Source: an uncultured Chloroflexia bacterium (GTDB lineage: Bacteria > Chloroflexota > Limnocylindria > Limnocylindrales > CSP1-4). From it: 64,000 bases of DNA. Both the position numbers and the translations under genes were made by a program. The DNA lies in NCBI GenBank assembly GCA_963739885.1, contig CAVUCC010000003.1:9580-73579 (forward strand). The letters are read 5' to 3'. Under the pieces are notes generated by a model. The model was not told where the DNA came from and ran no database searches. It worked only from the letters and a program-made list of their open reading frames with translations. Below, piece by piece: positions 18,845-31,630 of the stretch; positions within the stretch are counted from its first letter, which is position 1; the number at the start of each line of letters is the position of its first letter.

Positions 18845-19987
18845 ATGGGGCTGACCGGCGATGTCAGGCGGGATCTGCCGCTCCTGATCGCCACGTTCGT
18901 CGTGGCCGCGCTGCTGTCACTGGCGCTCACGCCGCTCGTCCGGCGGCTGGCGATCCGCCTCGACAACATCGACCACCCCGACCATCGCCGGGTCAACGCC
19001 GCGCCCGTTCCCCGTGGGGGCGGCGTCGCGGTCGCGATCGCGTTCCTGGCCGTGGCGGCCGGGCTGCTGGTGGTCAACGGCGGCCTGGAGGTGGCGACCG
19101 TGCGCCGCGAGATCGAGCCCGGTGAGATGGTCGCCCTGCTCATCGGCGGCGCCGCGGCGGTGATTCTCGGCGCGCTCGACGACACGCTGCAGCTGCGCGC
19201 CCGCTGGCAGCTCCTGGCCCAGCTCGCGCTGGCGGTCATCGCCGTCGTTGCCGGGATCTCGGTCGGCTCCATCAACAACCCGTTCGGGCCCAACAACATC
19301 CCGATCACCGGTCCGTATGGCGTGGCGTTCACGATCGTGTGGGTCGTGGGCATGATCAACAGCATCAACTTCATCGACGGCCTCGACGGCCTGTCGACCG
19401 GGATCACGCTGATCGCCGCCGTGACCCTGGGCCTCATCTCGGTGGCCACGACCATCGCCCAGCCGTTCGTCGGCCTGCTGTGCTTCGCCCTGGCAGGGTC
19501 GCTGCTGGGCTTCCTGCGCTGGAACTTCCACCCGGCGTCCATCTTCATCGGCACCAGCGGCGTGATGTTCGTGGGCTACACGCTGGCGCTGCTCGCGATC
19601 CTGGGCTCGGCCAAGGTCGCGGTCGCGCTGCTCGTTCTGGGCGTCCCGATCATCGACACGTTCTGGATCATCGTCCGCCGGCTGGCGACCGGGCGATCCC
19701 CGTTCACCCCCGATCGCGGTCATATCCACCACCGCCTGTTGGACCTGGGCCTCACGCACGGGCAGACGGTGCTCGTGATCTACGCGATCTGCCTCGCGCT
19801 CGCGGTGCTGTCGTTCGTGCTGTCCGGGACGGGTCAGGTGTACGCGTTCCTCGGGCTGGCCCTCGGCTTCGGCTTCGGCCTGTTCCTCCTGACCCGGTTC
19901 GAGACCGCGAATGCCCTCGAGCCCGAGGCGTACGAGGCGGGCCCTTCGCACCCTGATTCGCCCGGCTCCGACAGCCCCGCGACGTAA
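18845..19987 (+). CDS. wecA: Polyprenyl-phosphate GlcNAc-1-phosphate transferase (MraY/WecA GT4 family)
   Basis: A polytopic protein with GMINSINFIDGLDGLSTG. Its position directly upstream of the atp operon matches rfe in mycobacteria. Confidence 0.8.
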   Translation: MGLTGDVRRDLPLLIATFVVAALLSLALTPLVRRLAIRLDNIDHPDHRRVNAAPVPRGGGVAVAIAFLAVAAGLLVVNGGLEVATVRREIEPGEMVALLIGGAAAVILGALDDTLQLRARWQLLAQLALAVIAVVAGISVGSINNPFGPNNIPITGPYGVAFTIVWVVGMINSINFIDGLDGLSTGITLIAAVTLGLISVATTIAQPFVGLLCFALAGSLLGFLRWNFHPASIFIGTSGVMFVGYTLALLAILGSAKVAVALLVLGVPIIDTFWIIVRRLATGRSPFTPDRGHIHHRLLDLGLTHGQTVLVIYAICLALAVLSFVLSGTGQVYAFLGLALGFGFGLFLLTRFETANALEPEAYEAGPSHPDSPGSDSPAT

Positions 19988-20111
19988 CGCCGGTGCGCCG
20001 GTGCGCCGGGTCGCGTCGGGCGGTGTCGACCGGCCGTCACCCCCAGCGGGATCCGGGGTCCGGACCCCGGATGGCCTCTGGTATAGTCTCCCGCGCGGTG
20101 GTCGGTCCCCC

Positions 20112-20339
20112 ATGTTCAACGGTTTCGGGATCTACGTTGTTCTGTTCTCCGAGATCGGTGTCACGTTCTTCGTGGGGACCATCGCGGGCGTACTCGCTGG
20201 ATGGTGGGTTGATCAGCAGCTCAACACGCTGCCCGTGTTCGCCGTCGGTGGTGCACTGGCCGGCTTCGGTCTCAGTGGACTCGCCGTGGCCAGGCTGATC
20301 CGCCGATTTCTCTCGCGATTCGATACGCATCAGGACTGA
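20112..20339 (+). CDS. AtpZ/AtpI-like small membrane protein of the ATP synthase operon
   Basis: A 75-aa product with two TM helices (MFNGFGIYVVLFSEIGVTFFVGTIAGVLAGWWV...LPVFAVGGALAGFGLSGLAV) immediately before atpB. Start at the in-frame ATG 20112. Confidence 0.65.
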   Translation: MFNGFGIYVVLFSEIGVTFFVGTIAGVLAGWWVDQQLNTLPVFAVGGALAGFGLSGLAVARLIRRFLSRFDTHQD

Positions 20340-20384
20340 CCGTCCGCCGGGACGGAGATCGAGACGAGGCCAGACGAGCGACAC

Positions 20385-21404
20385 GTGACCAACGAGACCT
20401 CCCCCGCTGCGACACCGGACATCGGCGGCACGGCGGCCCCGGTGCGCTGGACGACTCGCCGCAAGCTGCTGATCGCGATCGTCGCCATCGTGGTGCTGGA
20501 CGCCCTCGCGGTCGTCTTCCTCGCACCGGCGGGCTTTCCGGGGCCCAAGGCGGGCATCACCGGGAACCTGGAGCTGATCCCGCCGACCGTCGTGTACGAC
20601 TTCGCGCCCCGCGCAAGCGAGCCTGCCGGCTCGCTTGTGATCGACTTCCACCCCAGCATCACGTCCTCGATCGTGGTGTCGTGGATCGTGATGGTGCTGA
20701 TGATCGTGGTGTTCGTGGGCATCGCTCAGAACCTGGAGCGGCTGCCCGGCCGGGTCCAGAACGCCGTCGAGTACGTGTACGAGGCTCTCGAGGACTTCGC
20801 GCTGGCGCTCGGCGGCGCGCCCGCACGCCCCTACGTCGGGATCTTCATCACGCTGTTCGTGTTCATCGCCCTCGCCAACTGGACGGACCTGCTGATCTTC
20901 GGCGACAAGCTGAACTGGCTGCGCACGCCCACCAGCGACATCAACATCACGGTCGGACTGGCGCTGTTCAGCTTCGTGCTGTTCCACTTCGAGGGCGTGC
21001 GGAAGCTGGGAGCGCGGCGCTACCTGGCCAAGTTCTTCAACTTCAGCGGGTTCCGACGCAGCGTGGCCGACGGGGTCATCGACCTGTTCGTCGGGCTCAC
21101 CGAGTTCCTGCTCGAGTTCTTCAAGCCGGTGACGCTGGCCTTCCGGCTATGGGGCAACCTGTACGGCGGCGGCATCATGCTGGGCGTGTTCACGGCCCTG
21201 CTGCTTGGCGTCCTGCCGTTGCCGTTCGTGTTCCTGGAAGGATTCATCGGCTTCGTCCAGGCCCTGATCTTCAGCGTCCTGACCCTGATGTTCACGCTGC
21301 TCGCCATCGAGAGCCACGAGGAGGAGGCGCACGCCGCCCCCGCCATGGCGACCGAGCCCCAGGGCGGCGTCGGCCCACCCCTGTCCGCCGCCTCGACGCA
21401 ATGA
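20385..21404 (+). CDS. atpB: F0F1 ATP synthase subunit a
   Basis: Conserved Arg helix AFRLWGNLYGGGIM in a polytopic protein. GTG start, with an N-terminal extension. Confidence 0.92.
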   Translation: MTNETSPAATPDIGGTAAPVRWTTRRKLLIAIVAIVVLDALAVVFLAPAGFPGPKAGITGNLELIPPTVVYDFAPRASEPAGSLVIDFHPSITSSIVVSWIVMVLMIVVFVGIAQNLERLPGRVQNAVEYVYEALEDFALALGGAPARPYVGIFITLFVFIALANWTDLLIFGDKLNWLRTPTSDINITVGLALFSFVLFHFEGVRKLGARRYLAKFFNFSGFRRSVADGVIDLFVGLTEFLLEFFKPVTLAFRLWGNLYGGGIMLGVFTALLLGVLPLPFVFLEGFIGFVQALIFSVLTLMFTLLAIESHEEEAHAAPAMATEPQGGVGPPLSAASTQ

Positions 21405-21470
21405 GGCGGCTTCACCACTGGTCCGAGGAAGCGTCCGCGCCACGCGGACGCCAGAGGAGGTAGAGACTCG

Positions 21471-21695
21471 ATGGAACTGATCGGCGCCGGCCTTGCCGCG
21501 ATGGGTGTTATCGGCCCCGGCATCGGTATCGGCATCCTGACCGGCATGTCGACCAGCGCGATGGGCCGCAACCCCGACGCCTCGAGCGTCATCCGCGCCA
21601 CGTTCATCATCGGTGCAGCGTTCGCCGAGGGGCTCGGCGTGCTCGCGTTCGTGGTCGGCGTCCTGATCATCTTCCTCAACCCGGCCGCCAAGTAG
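21471..21695 (+). CDS. atpE: F0F1 ATP synthase subunit c
   Basis: A 74-aa hairpin protein with the carboxylate helix IIGAAFAEGLGVLAFVVG. Confidence 0.93.
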   Translation: MELIGAGLAAMGVIGPGIGIGILTGMSTSAMGRNPDASSVIRATFIIGAAFAEGLGVLAFVVGVLIIFLNPAAK

Positions 21696-21793
21696 CCGGC
21701 GCACCGAGCGGACGCCATGGACTTTCTCGCGGTCGCCTCCGGGGCTCTCCCGGGGGACTCGCCTTCAATGCAGCAGGCGGCGAATCCGGGCTC

Positions 21794-22288
21794 GTGATCA
21801 ACGGGTTCTGGCTCATCGTCGCGCTGCTCAACTTCGTCCTGCTCTACGTCGTGCTGCAGCTGTTCGCGTTCGGTCCGATCTCGCGCATGCTCGAGGCACG
21901 CCGAACACGGATCGAGCAGGGGCTGCAGGACGCGGAGCAGGCGCGGCGGGATCGCGAGTCGGGTGAGCAGGAGCGCCTGGCCGCCCTCCAGGAGGCCCGC
22001 CGGGAGGCGAATGACATCATCAACCGTGCCCAGAGGGTCGCCACCGAGACGCGCGAGCAGGACGTGGCGGCGACTCGCGATGAGCTCGACCGGATGCGCG
22101 ACCGTGCGACGGCCGAGATCGACGCCGAGAAGCAGCGGGCCATCACCGAGCTCCGCTCGGAGGTGACCGAGCTCGCCCTCGCGGCCGCGGGTCAGGTCGT
22201 CGGCGAGTCGATGACCGGTGACCGTCAGCGGCGCCTCGTGGCCGACTTCCTGGCCGATTCATCCCCCACGGGCGAGACGGCCAGCTGA
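21794..22288 (+). CDS. atpF: F0F1 ATP synthase subunit b
   Basis: A single N-terminal TM helix (FWLIVALLNFVLLYVVLQLF) followed by a long charged coiled coil. The true start may lie upstream: ATG 21717 is in another frame and would fuse if a G is missing in the run at about 21750-21760 (see findings). Confidence 0.85.
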   Translation: MINGFWLIVALLNFVLLYVVLQLFAFGPISRMLEARRTRIEQGLQDAEQARRDRESGEQERLAALQEARREANDIINRAQRVATETREQDVAATRDELDRMRDRATAEIDAEKQRAITELRSEVTELALAAAGQVVGESMTGDRQRRLVADFLADSSPTGETAS

Positions 22289-22839
22289 TGGCCCGTCCGG
22301 TCACTGCCGCGCGCCGCTACGCGGAGGCCGCCCTCGCGGTCGCCCTCGAGACCGACCAGCTCGACCGCTGGCGTGACGATCTCGAGCTCGCCTCGGCCAT
22401 GCTGAGCCGGCCCGAGGTCGCGCCGGTCGTGGACAGCCCGGCGATCCCCGCCGAGCAGCGGCTGGACGTGGTGGCCGGGCTGCTGGAGACCCGGGTCCAG
22501 GCGGGCGTGCTGCGGCTCGTGGGCCTGCTCATCGAGCGCGGAGGGGTCCGGATCCTGCCGCGGGTCAGCGAGGAGTACCAGCGCCAGCTCAATGCTCATC
22601 GCGGCATCGTGGTGGCCAGCGTGACCAGCGCCGCACCGCTCACCGCGGACGAGACGGCAGCTGTTCGCGCCCGGGTGGAGGCGATGGCCGGCGCCGAGGT
22701 CGACCTCCGCGCCACCGTCGTCCCGGACCTGCTGGGCGGGCTCACCATCCAGATCCGCGACCAGTTGCTCGACGCGTCAATCCGCGGCCGGCTGGAGCGG
22801 CTGCGCGACCAGCTCCACGCGGGGCAACGCGTCCGCTAG
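22288..22839 (+). CDS. atpH: F0F1 ATP synthase subunit delta (OSCP)
   Basis: Size, position between atpF and atpA, and the OSCP-like C-terminus ([24 protein letters not shown]). The ATG overlaps the atpF TGA by 1 nt. Confidence 0.85.
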   Translation: MARPVTAARRYAEAALAVALETDQLDRWRDDLELASAMLSRPEVAPVVDSPAIPAEQRLDVVAGLLETRVQAGVLRLVGLLIERGGVRILPRVSEEYQRQLNAHRGIVVASVTSAAPLTADETAAVRARVEAMAGAEVDLRATVVPDLLGGLTIQIRDQLLDASIRGRLERLRDQLHAGQRVR

Positions 22840-22890
22840 CCCCAGCCCCGAAACCGATACCCGGGTTCAACCCCGAACCACATATCCCCA

Positions 22891-22938
22891 CCAAAGCTCG
22901 AACCAAAGCTCGAACCAAAGCCCGAACGAACGCCCGAA
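22891..22938. repeat. Imperfect 12-bp tandem repeat x4 (CCAAAGCTCGAA) in the atpH-atpA spacer
   Basis: Four adjacent units: CCAAAGCTCGAA, CCAAAGCTCGAA, CCAAAGCCCGAA, CGAACGCCCGAA. They lie directly upstream of the atpA SD (GGAG) and ATG 22949. Confidence 0.8.
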
Positions 22939-22948
22939 CGGAGACGCG

Positions 22949-24481
<1,533 letters not shown>

Positions 24482-24511
24482 ACCTCCTGGCCGCGCTCGG
24501 CGGAAACGTCC

Positions 24512-25372
24512 ATGCCTAGCCAGCGCGAGATCCGGCGCCGCATCGGGTCGGCCCGCAACATCAAGCAGATCACCCGCGCCATGCAGTTCGTCGCGGCCTC
24601 GAAGCTCCGCCGCGCCCAGCAGTCGACGCTCGCCGCTCGCCCGTACCGCGAGAAGCTCGACGAGATCATCGCCGACCTGGCGTCCGTGCTCAGCGGTGAG
24701 GACCACCCGCTGCTCGCGGGCCGCGACCTCGACCAGGCGCACAACCGCCTGATCGTGATCATGACCTCGGATCGCGGCCTGGCCGGCGCGCTCAACACCA
24801 ACACCGTTCGGTTCACGGCGCACGAGATCACCGAGCACCCGGGCGACCTCAAGGTGGTGCCCATGGGCCGTAAGGGCCGGGATGCCATGCGCCGCGCAGG
24901 TGTCCCCATCGCCGCCTTCTTCGAGGGGTTCGGGGAACGCCCGGCGTTCACCGACATCCTGCCCGTCGCGCGCCTCGTCTCCGACGACTTCGTCGACGGT
25001 GTCTACGACCGCATCGACGTGGTCTATCCGCGGTTCGAGTCCACGCTCGTCCAGCGCCCGGTCCTGGAGCAGCTGCTGCCGATCCAGCCCGCGGAGGACA
25101 TCGAGGGCATCCCCGGTCACCAGTTCCTGTTCGAGCCCGATCCCGGAGCGTTCCTCCAGGCGCTGCTCCCTCGGTATGTCTCCACCCGGCTGTACGCAGC
25201 CGTGCTCGAGACCACAGCCAGCTTCTTCTCCAGCCAGATGGTCGCGATGAAGAACGCCACCGAGAACGCCGAGGAGCTCATCGACGATCTCACCCTGTCC
25301 TACAACAAGGTCCGTCAGGCCAACATCACTCGCGAGATGGTCGAGATCGCGAGCGGCGCCCAGGCCCGCTAG
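24512..25372 (+). CDS. atpG: F0F1 ATP synthase subunit gamma
   Basis: N-terminus MPSQREIRRRIGSARNIKQITRAMQFVAASKLRRAQ and C-terminus RQANITREMVEI. Confidence 0.95.
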   Translation: MPSQREIRRRIGSARNIKQITRAMQFVAASKLRRAQQSTLAARPYREKLDEIIADLASVLSGEDHPLLAGRDLDQAHNRLIVIMTSDRGLAGALNTNTVRFTAHEITEHPGDLKVVPMGRKGRDAMRRAGVPIAAFFEGFGERPAFTDILPVARLVSDDFVDGVYDRIDVVYPRFESTLVQRPVLEQLLPIQPAEDIEGIPGHQFLFEPDPGAFLQALLPRYVSTRLYAAVLETTASFFSSQMVAMKNATENAEELIDDLTLSYNKVRQANITREMVEIASGAQAR

Positions 25373-26818
<1,446 letters not shown>

Positions 26819-26903
26819 TGAACGCCACCATCGCGACCGCCTACGCGATCGCGGGCGCGGGCGCGGGATCCGCCATCCGGCTCCGCCGCAAGGGGATGAG
26901 CTG

Positions 26904-27335
26904 ATGCCGCTGCTGCTGGAGATCGTGACCCCCGAGCGGCTGGCGTACTCGGACGAGGTGGACATGGTCCTCGTCCCCGGCGTCGACGGTGAGCTCGGCA
27001 TCCTGCCTCACCATGCCCCGCTGGTCAGCCTGCTCGGCGTCGGCGAGCTTCGGATCCGAAAGGGCGTCGACGAGGAGAGCTTCGCCATCGTCGGCGGGTT
27101 CCTCCAGGTTCGGCCGGACAAGGTCGTGGTCATGGCGGAGACGGCGGACCTCGCCTCGGACATCGATCTCGAGCGCGCCCAGGAAGCCCGGCGTGAAGCG
27201 GAGCGTGCGCTGGAGTCCGGGTTCCACGAGGGGGCGGACCTGTTGGCCGCCCGCGCCCAGCTCCAGCAGGCCCTGATGCGGGTTCGGGTCGCGGAGCGCC
27301 GACGGCATCGAGAGGGTCCGCGCCGCGGAGGCTGA
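26904..27335 (+). CDS. atpC: F0F1 ATP synthase subunit epsilon
   Basis: MPLLLEIVTPERLAYSDEVDMVLVPGVDGELGILPHHAPL is a typical epsilon N-terminus. Start at the in-frame ATG 26904 of ORF 26484..27335. Confidence 0.9.
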   Translation: MPLLLEIVTPERLAYSDEVDMVLVPGVDGELGILPHHAPLVSLLGVGELRIRKGVDEESFAIVGGFLQVRPDKVVVMAETADLASDIDLERAQEARREAERALESGFHEGADLLAARAQLQQALMRVRVAERRRHREGPRRGG

Positions 27336-27337
27336 CC

Positions 27338-28669
27338 ATGGCCGACGCGCGATTGTTTCACTGGGAGTACCGGCCCGAGCAGCCACCGCCCGAGACGTTC
27401 CGGATCGAGGGCGGCCGGCCGCTGGCCGGAACCGTGCACGTCAGCGGGGCCAAGAACGCCGCGCTCAAGCTGCTGGCGGCCGCCACCCTGACCGGCGAGC
27501 GCTGCCGGTTCGAGAACGTGCCCGAGATCGAGGACGTCCGGGTCATGGTCGGGGTCCTGACCGATCTCGGCGTCGTGGTGGACCATCCGGCCGAGGGCGT
27601 GTACGAGGTCGCCGCGGGCGACGTCGACTGGCTGTTCATCCCGCTCGAGGCCGCCGCCAAGATGCGCGCCTCGTTCATCCTGCTGGGCCCGCTGCTGTCC
27701 CGCTTCGGCCAGGTGATCATCAGCAACCCGGGTGGCGACCGGATCGGCCGGCGGCCCGTCAACCTGCATGTCGACGCGATGCGCGCGCTCGGCGCCCGGA
27801 TCGAGTACCGCAACGGCTACTACTTCGCTCAGGCGCCGGGACGCCTCCGTGGCAGTGAGGTCACCTTCCCCCAGGTCACGGTCATGGGCACCGAGAACGC
27901 GATGCTCGCGGCGACCCTCGCGGAAGGCCACACGGTCATCCGGCCCGCGGCCCAGGAGCCGGAGATCGACGACCTGATCGCGTTCCTGTGCAAGATGGGT
28001 GCACAGGTCCGGCGGACCAGCCCCGACACGATCGAGGTCGACGGTCGCCGCCGGCTGCGGGGCGCCAATCACGTGGTGGTGCCGGACCGGATCGAGACCG
28101 CGACGTTCCTGATCGCGGCCGCCGTCACCGGCGGCCGCCTGACGCTCGAGAACGCTCCCTGCGACCACGTCGCCGCGCTGGTCGAGGTGTTCGGGTCGAT
28201 GGGCGTGCCGGTTGCCTGCGGTCCGCGGTCGATCGAGATCGACGCCACCGGCCTGCGGCCCGGTGACCTGCGTGCGTCGGACGTGGAGACCGCGCCGTAC
28301 CCTGGTCTGGCCACCGACATCCAGCCGCCGCTGTGCGTCCTGCTCACCCAGGCCGCCGGCACGTCTCGCGTCCATGAGGCGGTGTTCGAGGACCGAATCG
28401 AGTGGCTGTCCGAGCTGCGCAAGCTCGGCGCCCGGATCGACATCGAGGATGCCCACCATGCATCGATCCACGGGCCGGCGCGGCTTCACGGAGCCGAGGC
28501 GACGATCGGGGATCTGCGCGCGGGCGCATCGCTGATCCTGGCCGCGCTCGCAGCCGACGGCCCGTCGCTGATCCACGGCGCGCATCACGTACAGCGGGGG
28601 TATGAGAACATCGATCGCAAGTTCCAGCAGCTGGGCGCAAGCATCACCCGTTCGGCCGACGCGGCCTGA
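27338..28669 (+). CDS. murA: UDP-N-acetylglucosamine 1-carboxyvinyltransferase (Asp in place of the fosfomycin-target Cys)
   Basis: VHVSGAKNAALKLLAA and the active-site loop NPGGDRIGRRPVNLH, with GAC (Asp134) at 27737-27739. Confidence 0.95.
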   Translation: MADARLFHWEYRPEQPPPETFRIEGGRPLAGTVHVSGAKNAALKLLAAATLTGERCRFENVPEIEDVRVMVGVLTDLGVVVDHPAEGVYEVAAGDVDWLFIPLEAAAKMRASFILLGPLLSRFGQVIISNPGGDRIGRRPVNLHVDAMRALGARIEYRNGYYFAQAPGRLRGSEVTFPQVTVMGTENAMLAATLAEGHTVIRPAAQEPEIDDLIAFLCKMGAQVRRTSPDTIEVDGRRRLRGANHVVVPDRIETATFLIAAAVTGGRLTLENAPCDHVAALVEVFGSMGVPVACGPRSIEIDATGLRPGDLRASDVETAPYPGLATDIQPPLCVLLTQAAGTSRVHEAVFEDRIEWLSELRKLGARIDIEDAHHASIHGPARLHGAEATIGDLRAGASLILAALAADGPSLIHGAHHVQRGYENIDRKFQQLGASITRSADAA

Positions 28670-28759
28670 CATCGCGGGCGCCCGACCTATCCCTGTTCAC
28701 CCTGCTCGGCTCGCCGCCCGCCGGCGCCGCGCGACCACCGGAGTAGCATTCCCGCCGTC

Positions 28760-29758
28760 ATGAAGATTGGGATCGATCTCGGCACCGCGAACGTCATCGT
28801 CTACGTGAAGGGCAAGGGCATCGTCATCACCGAGCCCTCGGTCGTTGCGGTCGGTGAGGACAACCGCATCGTCGCCGTGGGCGAGGAGGCCCGCGAGATG
28901 ATCGGGCGAACCCCCGGCAACATCCAGGCGATCAGGCCGATGAAGGACGGCGTCATCGCCGACTACGTGATCACCGAGGCGATGCTCCGGTTCTTCATCG
29001 GCAAGGCAACGCGCGGCCGGATCGGCCTGTCGCGGCCCGAGGTGATGATCTCGGTGCCGGCCGGGGTTACCTCGGTCGAGAAGCGCGCGGTCCGCGACGC
29101 GGCGCTCAAGGCCGGCGCCAAGGAGGCGTTCCTGATCGAGGAGCCCCTGGCCGCGGCGATCGGCGCCAACGTGCCCATCAGCGGCCCGTCGGGGAACATG
29201 ATCATCGACATCGGGGGCGGCACGTCGGAGATCGCGGTGATCGCGCTGGGCGGGATCGTGGTATCCCACAGCCTGCGCGTGGGCGGTAACCGGTTCGACG
29301 ACGCGATCGCGACCTACGTCCGCAAGAAGTACAACCTGATGGTCGGCGAGCGGACGGCCGAGGAGGTCAAGATCCAGATCGGCACCGCGCTGCCGCTCGA
29401 GCGCGAGCTCACGATGGAGGTCCGCGGCCGCGACCTGATCGCCGGTCTGCCACGCACGATCCCGATCTCCTCGTCCGAGGCGATGGAGGCGATCGAGGTG
29501 CCGCTGCAGCAGCTGGTGGCCGCGGTTCGCACGGTGCTGGAGCAGACGCCGCCGGAGCTCTCGTCGGACATCATCGACAAGGGGATGGTGATGTCGGGAG
29601 GAGGCTCGCTGCTGCGCAACATCGACAAGCTGCTGACCCAGGTGACCGGCGTGCCCTGCCACGTGGCCGAGAACTCGCTCAACTGCGTCGCCCTCGGCAC
29701 GGGGCTCGCCCTCGAGCACTTCGACTTCTTCAAGAAGTCCCTGGTCCAGCAGATCTGA
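28760..29758 (+). CDS. mreB: Rod shape-determining actin homologue MreB
   Basis: [34 protein letters not shown] and [11 protein letters not shown]. Confidence 0.93.
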   Translation: MKIGIDLGTANVIVYVKGKGIVITEPSVVAVGEDNRIVAVGEEAREMIGRTPGNIQAIRPMKDGVIADYVITEAMLRFFIGKATRGRIGLSRPEVMISVPAGVTSVEKRAVRDAALKAGAKEAFLIEEPLAAAIGANVPISGPSGNMIIDIGGGTSEIAVIALGGIVVSHSLRVGGNRFDDAIATYVRKKYNLMVGERTAEEVKIQIGTALPLERELTMEVRGRDLIAGLPRTIPISSSEAMEAIEVPLQQLVAAVRTVLEQTPPELSSDIIDKGMVMSGGGSLLRNIDKLLTQVTGVPCHVAENSLNCVALGTGLALEHFDFFKKSLVQQI

Positions 29759-29801
29759 AGCCCGCTGCAGTGGCCGAGCTGAGATCGAGCGGGGGAGCAG
29801 G

Positions 29802-30512
29802 GTGAAGGCGTTCATCGATCTCCACTGCCATACGTCGGCCTCGTTCAATTCGCTGGCGCCACCCGAAGCCGTCGTCAAGGCCGCGGCTGACCGCGGGCTC
29901 ACCTATCTTGCGATCACCGACCACGACCTCATCGACGGGGCGCTCCGTGCGCGTGAGGCCGCGCCCCACGGCCTGACCGTGATCGTGGGAGAGGAGATCC
30001 GGACCGCCGACGGCGACCTGATCGCGCTGTTCCTGGACCGCGCCGTGCCACCGGGACTCTCGGCACGCGACACCATCGCCGCCGTCCGCGCGCAGGGAGG
30101 CGTCCTGGGCATCCCGCATCCGTTCGACCGCTTCCGGGGCTCGATGCTCAAGGACCCCAAGCTGGAGGCGACGGCCGCCCAGGTGGACTGGATCGAGGCG
30201 TACAACGCCCGCGTCGTCGGGGCCACGGGCAACGAGCGCGCCGCCTCCTTCGCGCGCGACATGCACCTGCCGGGGGTCGCGGTGTCGGACGCGCACAGCG
30301 TGCTCGAGGTTGGCGTCGCCTACACCGTCGTCGACGGCGATCCCTCGACGCCGGAAGGCCTGCTGGCCGCCCTGACCGATGTCGAGCTTGTGCCGGGTCG
30401 CGCTTCGTATATCGTGCGGACGATCACGCCGCTCGCCAAGCTCGTCAATCGCGCCCGGGGAAAGCGGCGTGTGCCTCCGACCTCCACCGGTCCGGCCGGC
30501 CTGCCGCGATGA
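29802..30512 (+). CDS. PHP-domain metal-dependent phosphoesterase
   Basis: IDLHCHTSAS, AITDHD and GIPHPFD. GTG start. Confidence 0.8.
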   Translation: MKAFIDLHCHTSASFNSLAPPEAVVKAAADRGLTYLAITDHDLIDGALRAREAAPHGLTVIVGEEIRTADGDLIALFLDRAVPPGLSARDTIAAVRAQGGVLGIPHPFDRFRGSMLKDPKLEATAAQVDWIEAYNARVVGATGNERAASFARDMHLPGVAVSDAHSVLEVGVAYTVVDGDPSTPEGLLAALTDVELVPGRASYIVRTITPLAKLVNRARGKRRVPPTSTGPAGLPR

Positions 30513-31630
30513 GTGAGCCACCCGTGTCCGACATCGAGCCCCAGCCCATGGCCGCCGCCCTGTCCCCTGCCGAGCCCGCCGATGAGGACTCGGTCGACGC
30601 TTCGGTGGAGCGTGTGTCACTGGGCAGCCGGCTGCGCCAGACCAAGACGATCGTCTCGATCCTGGTTCCGCTGGCGATCATCATCTTCTTCGTCGCGCTC
30701 AACTGGCAGTCGCTGTCGAAGGTCCCGGAGCTGATCGGTGGCGCGAGCCCGGCGCTCGTCCTGGTCGCCTTCCTCGTGTTCTATCTGGGGTTCCCGCTGC
30801 GTGGCCTGCGCTGGACGCTGCTGCTCCGCGGCACCGGGTTCGCGATCGGGGTCAAGGACGCGACCGAGATCCTGTTCCTGTCGTGGCTCGTGAACTGCGT
30901 GGTGCCGGCGAAGCTCGGGGATGTGTACCGCGCCTACCTGCTCCGGCTCAACAGCACGGCATCGCTCAGTCGCACGTTCGGCACCGTGTTCATCGAACGG
31001 ATCATGGATATCTTCACGATCGCCTTGCTGGGCATCGCGGCCGGCTACTGGAGCTTCCGCAGCGGGCTGCCGTCGTCGATCCAGCTGCTGTTCGTCGTGG
31101 CGCTGGTGGTCGTGGGGCTGCTCGCGGTCGCGCTGTTCACCATGCGCAACTTCGGACGGCGCGTCATCAGCGCGCTGCCGCTGCCACACCGGGTCATCGA
31201 GTTCTACGACCGCTTCGAGCAGGGCGTGTTCGGGGCGCTCAAGCGGAGCCAGCTGCCGAGCCTGGGGGCGCTGAGCGTCGCGATCTGGATGACCGAGGCC
31301 CTGCGCCTCTACTTCGTGGTCCTCGCGTTCGGGTTCCCCGACGTGGAGCTGGGCGTCTCGGGTGCCGTGTTTGTCGCCCTCATCGGCTCGCTGCTGACGG
31401 CGGTGCCGCTCAGCCCGGCCGGGCTCGGGATCGTCGAGGCGGGAATCGTGGGAGTCCTCACGCTCGTCTACCAGGTGCCGCTCCCCGAGGCGACGGCGAT
31501 CGCGCTGCTGGATCGGGCGATCAGCGTGTTCTCGGTCATCGTGCTCGGGTCGATCCTGTACGCGGTCTCGCCGCGTCGTCGCGGAGCGGGCCTGTCGAGG
31601 CCGGTCGAGGCCAGCGCGCCCGCGCACTGA
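30509..31630 (+). CDS. UPF0104 flippase-like (lysylphosphatidylglycerol-synthase TM-region family) membrane protein
   Basis: A polytopic protein with FPLRGLRWTLLLRGTG. The ATG overlaps the TGA of the PHP gene (ATGA). Confidence 0.7.
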   Translation: MSEPPVSDIEPQPMAAALSPAEPADEDSVDASVERVSLGSRLRQTKTIVSILVPLAIIIFFVALNWQSLSKVPELIGGASPALVLVAFLVFYLGFPLRGLRWTLLLRGTGFAIGVKDATEILFLSWLVNCVVPAKLGDVYRAYLLRLNSTASLSRTFGTVFIERIMDIFTIALLGIAAGYWSFRSGLPSSIQLLFVVALVVVGLLAVALFTMRNFGRRVISALPLPHRVIEFYDRFEQGVFGALKRSQLPSLGALSVAIWMTEALRLYFVVLAFGFPDVELGVSGAVFVALIGSLLTAVPLSPAGLGIVEAGIVGVLTLVYQVPLPEATAIALLDRAISVFSVIVLGSILYAVSPRRRGAGLSRPVEASAPAH

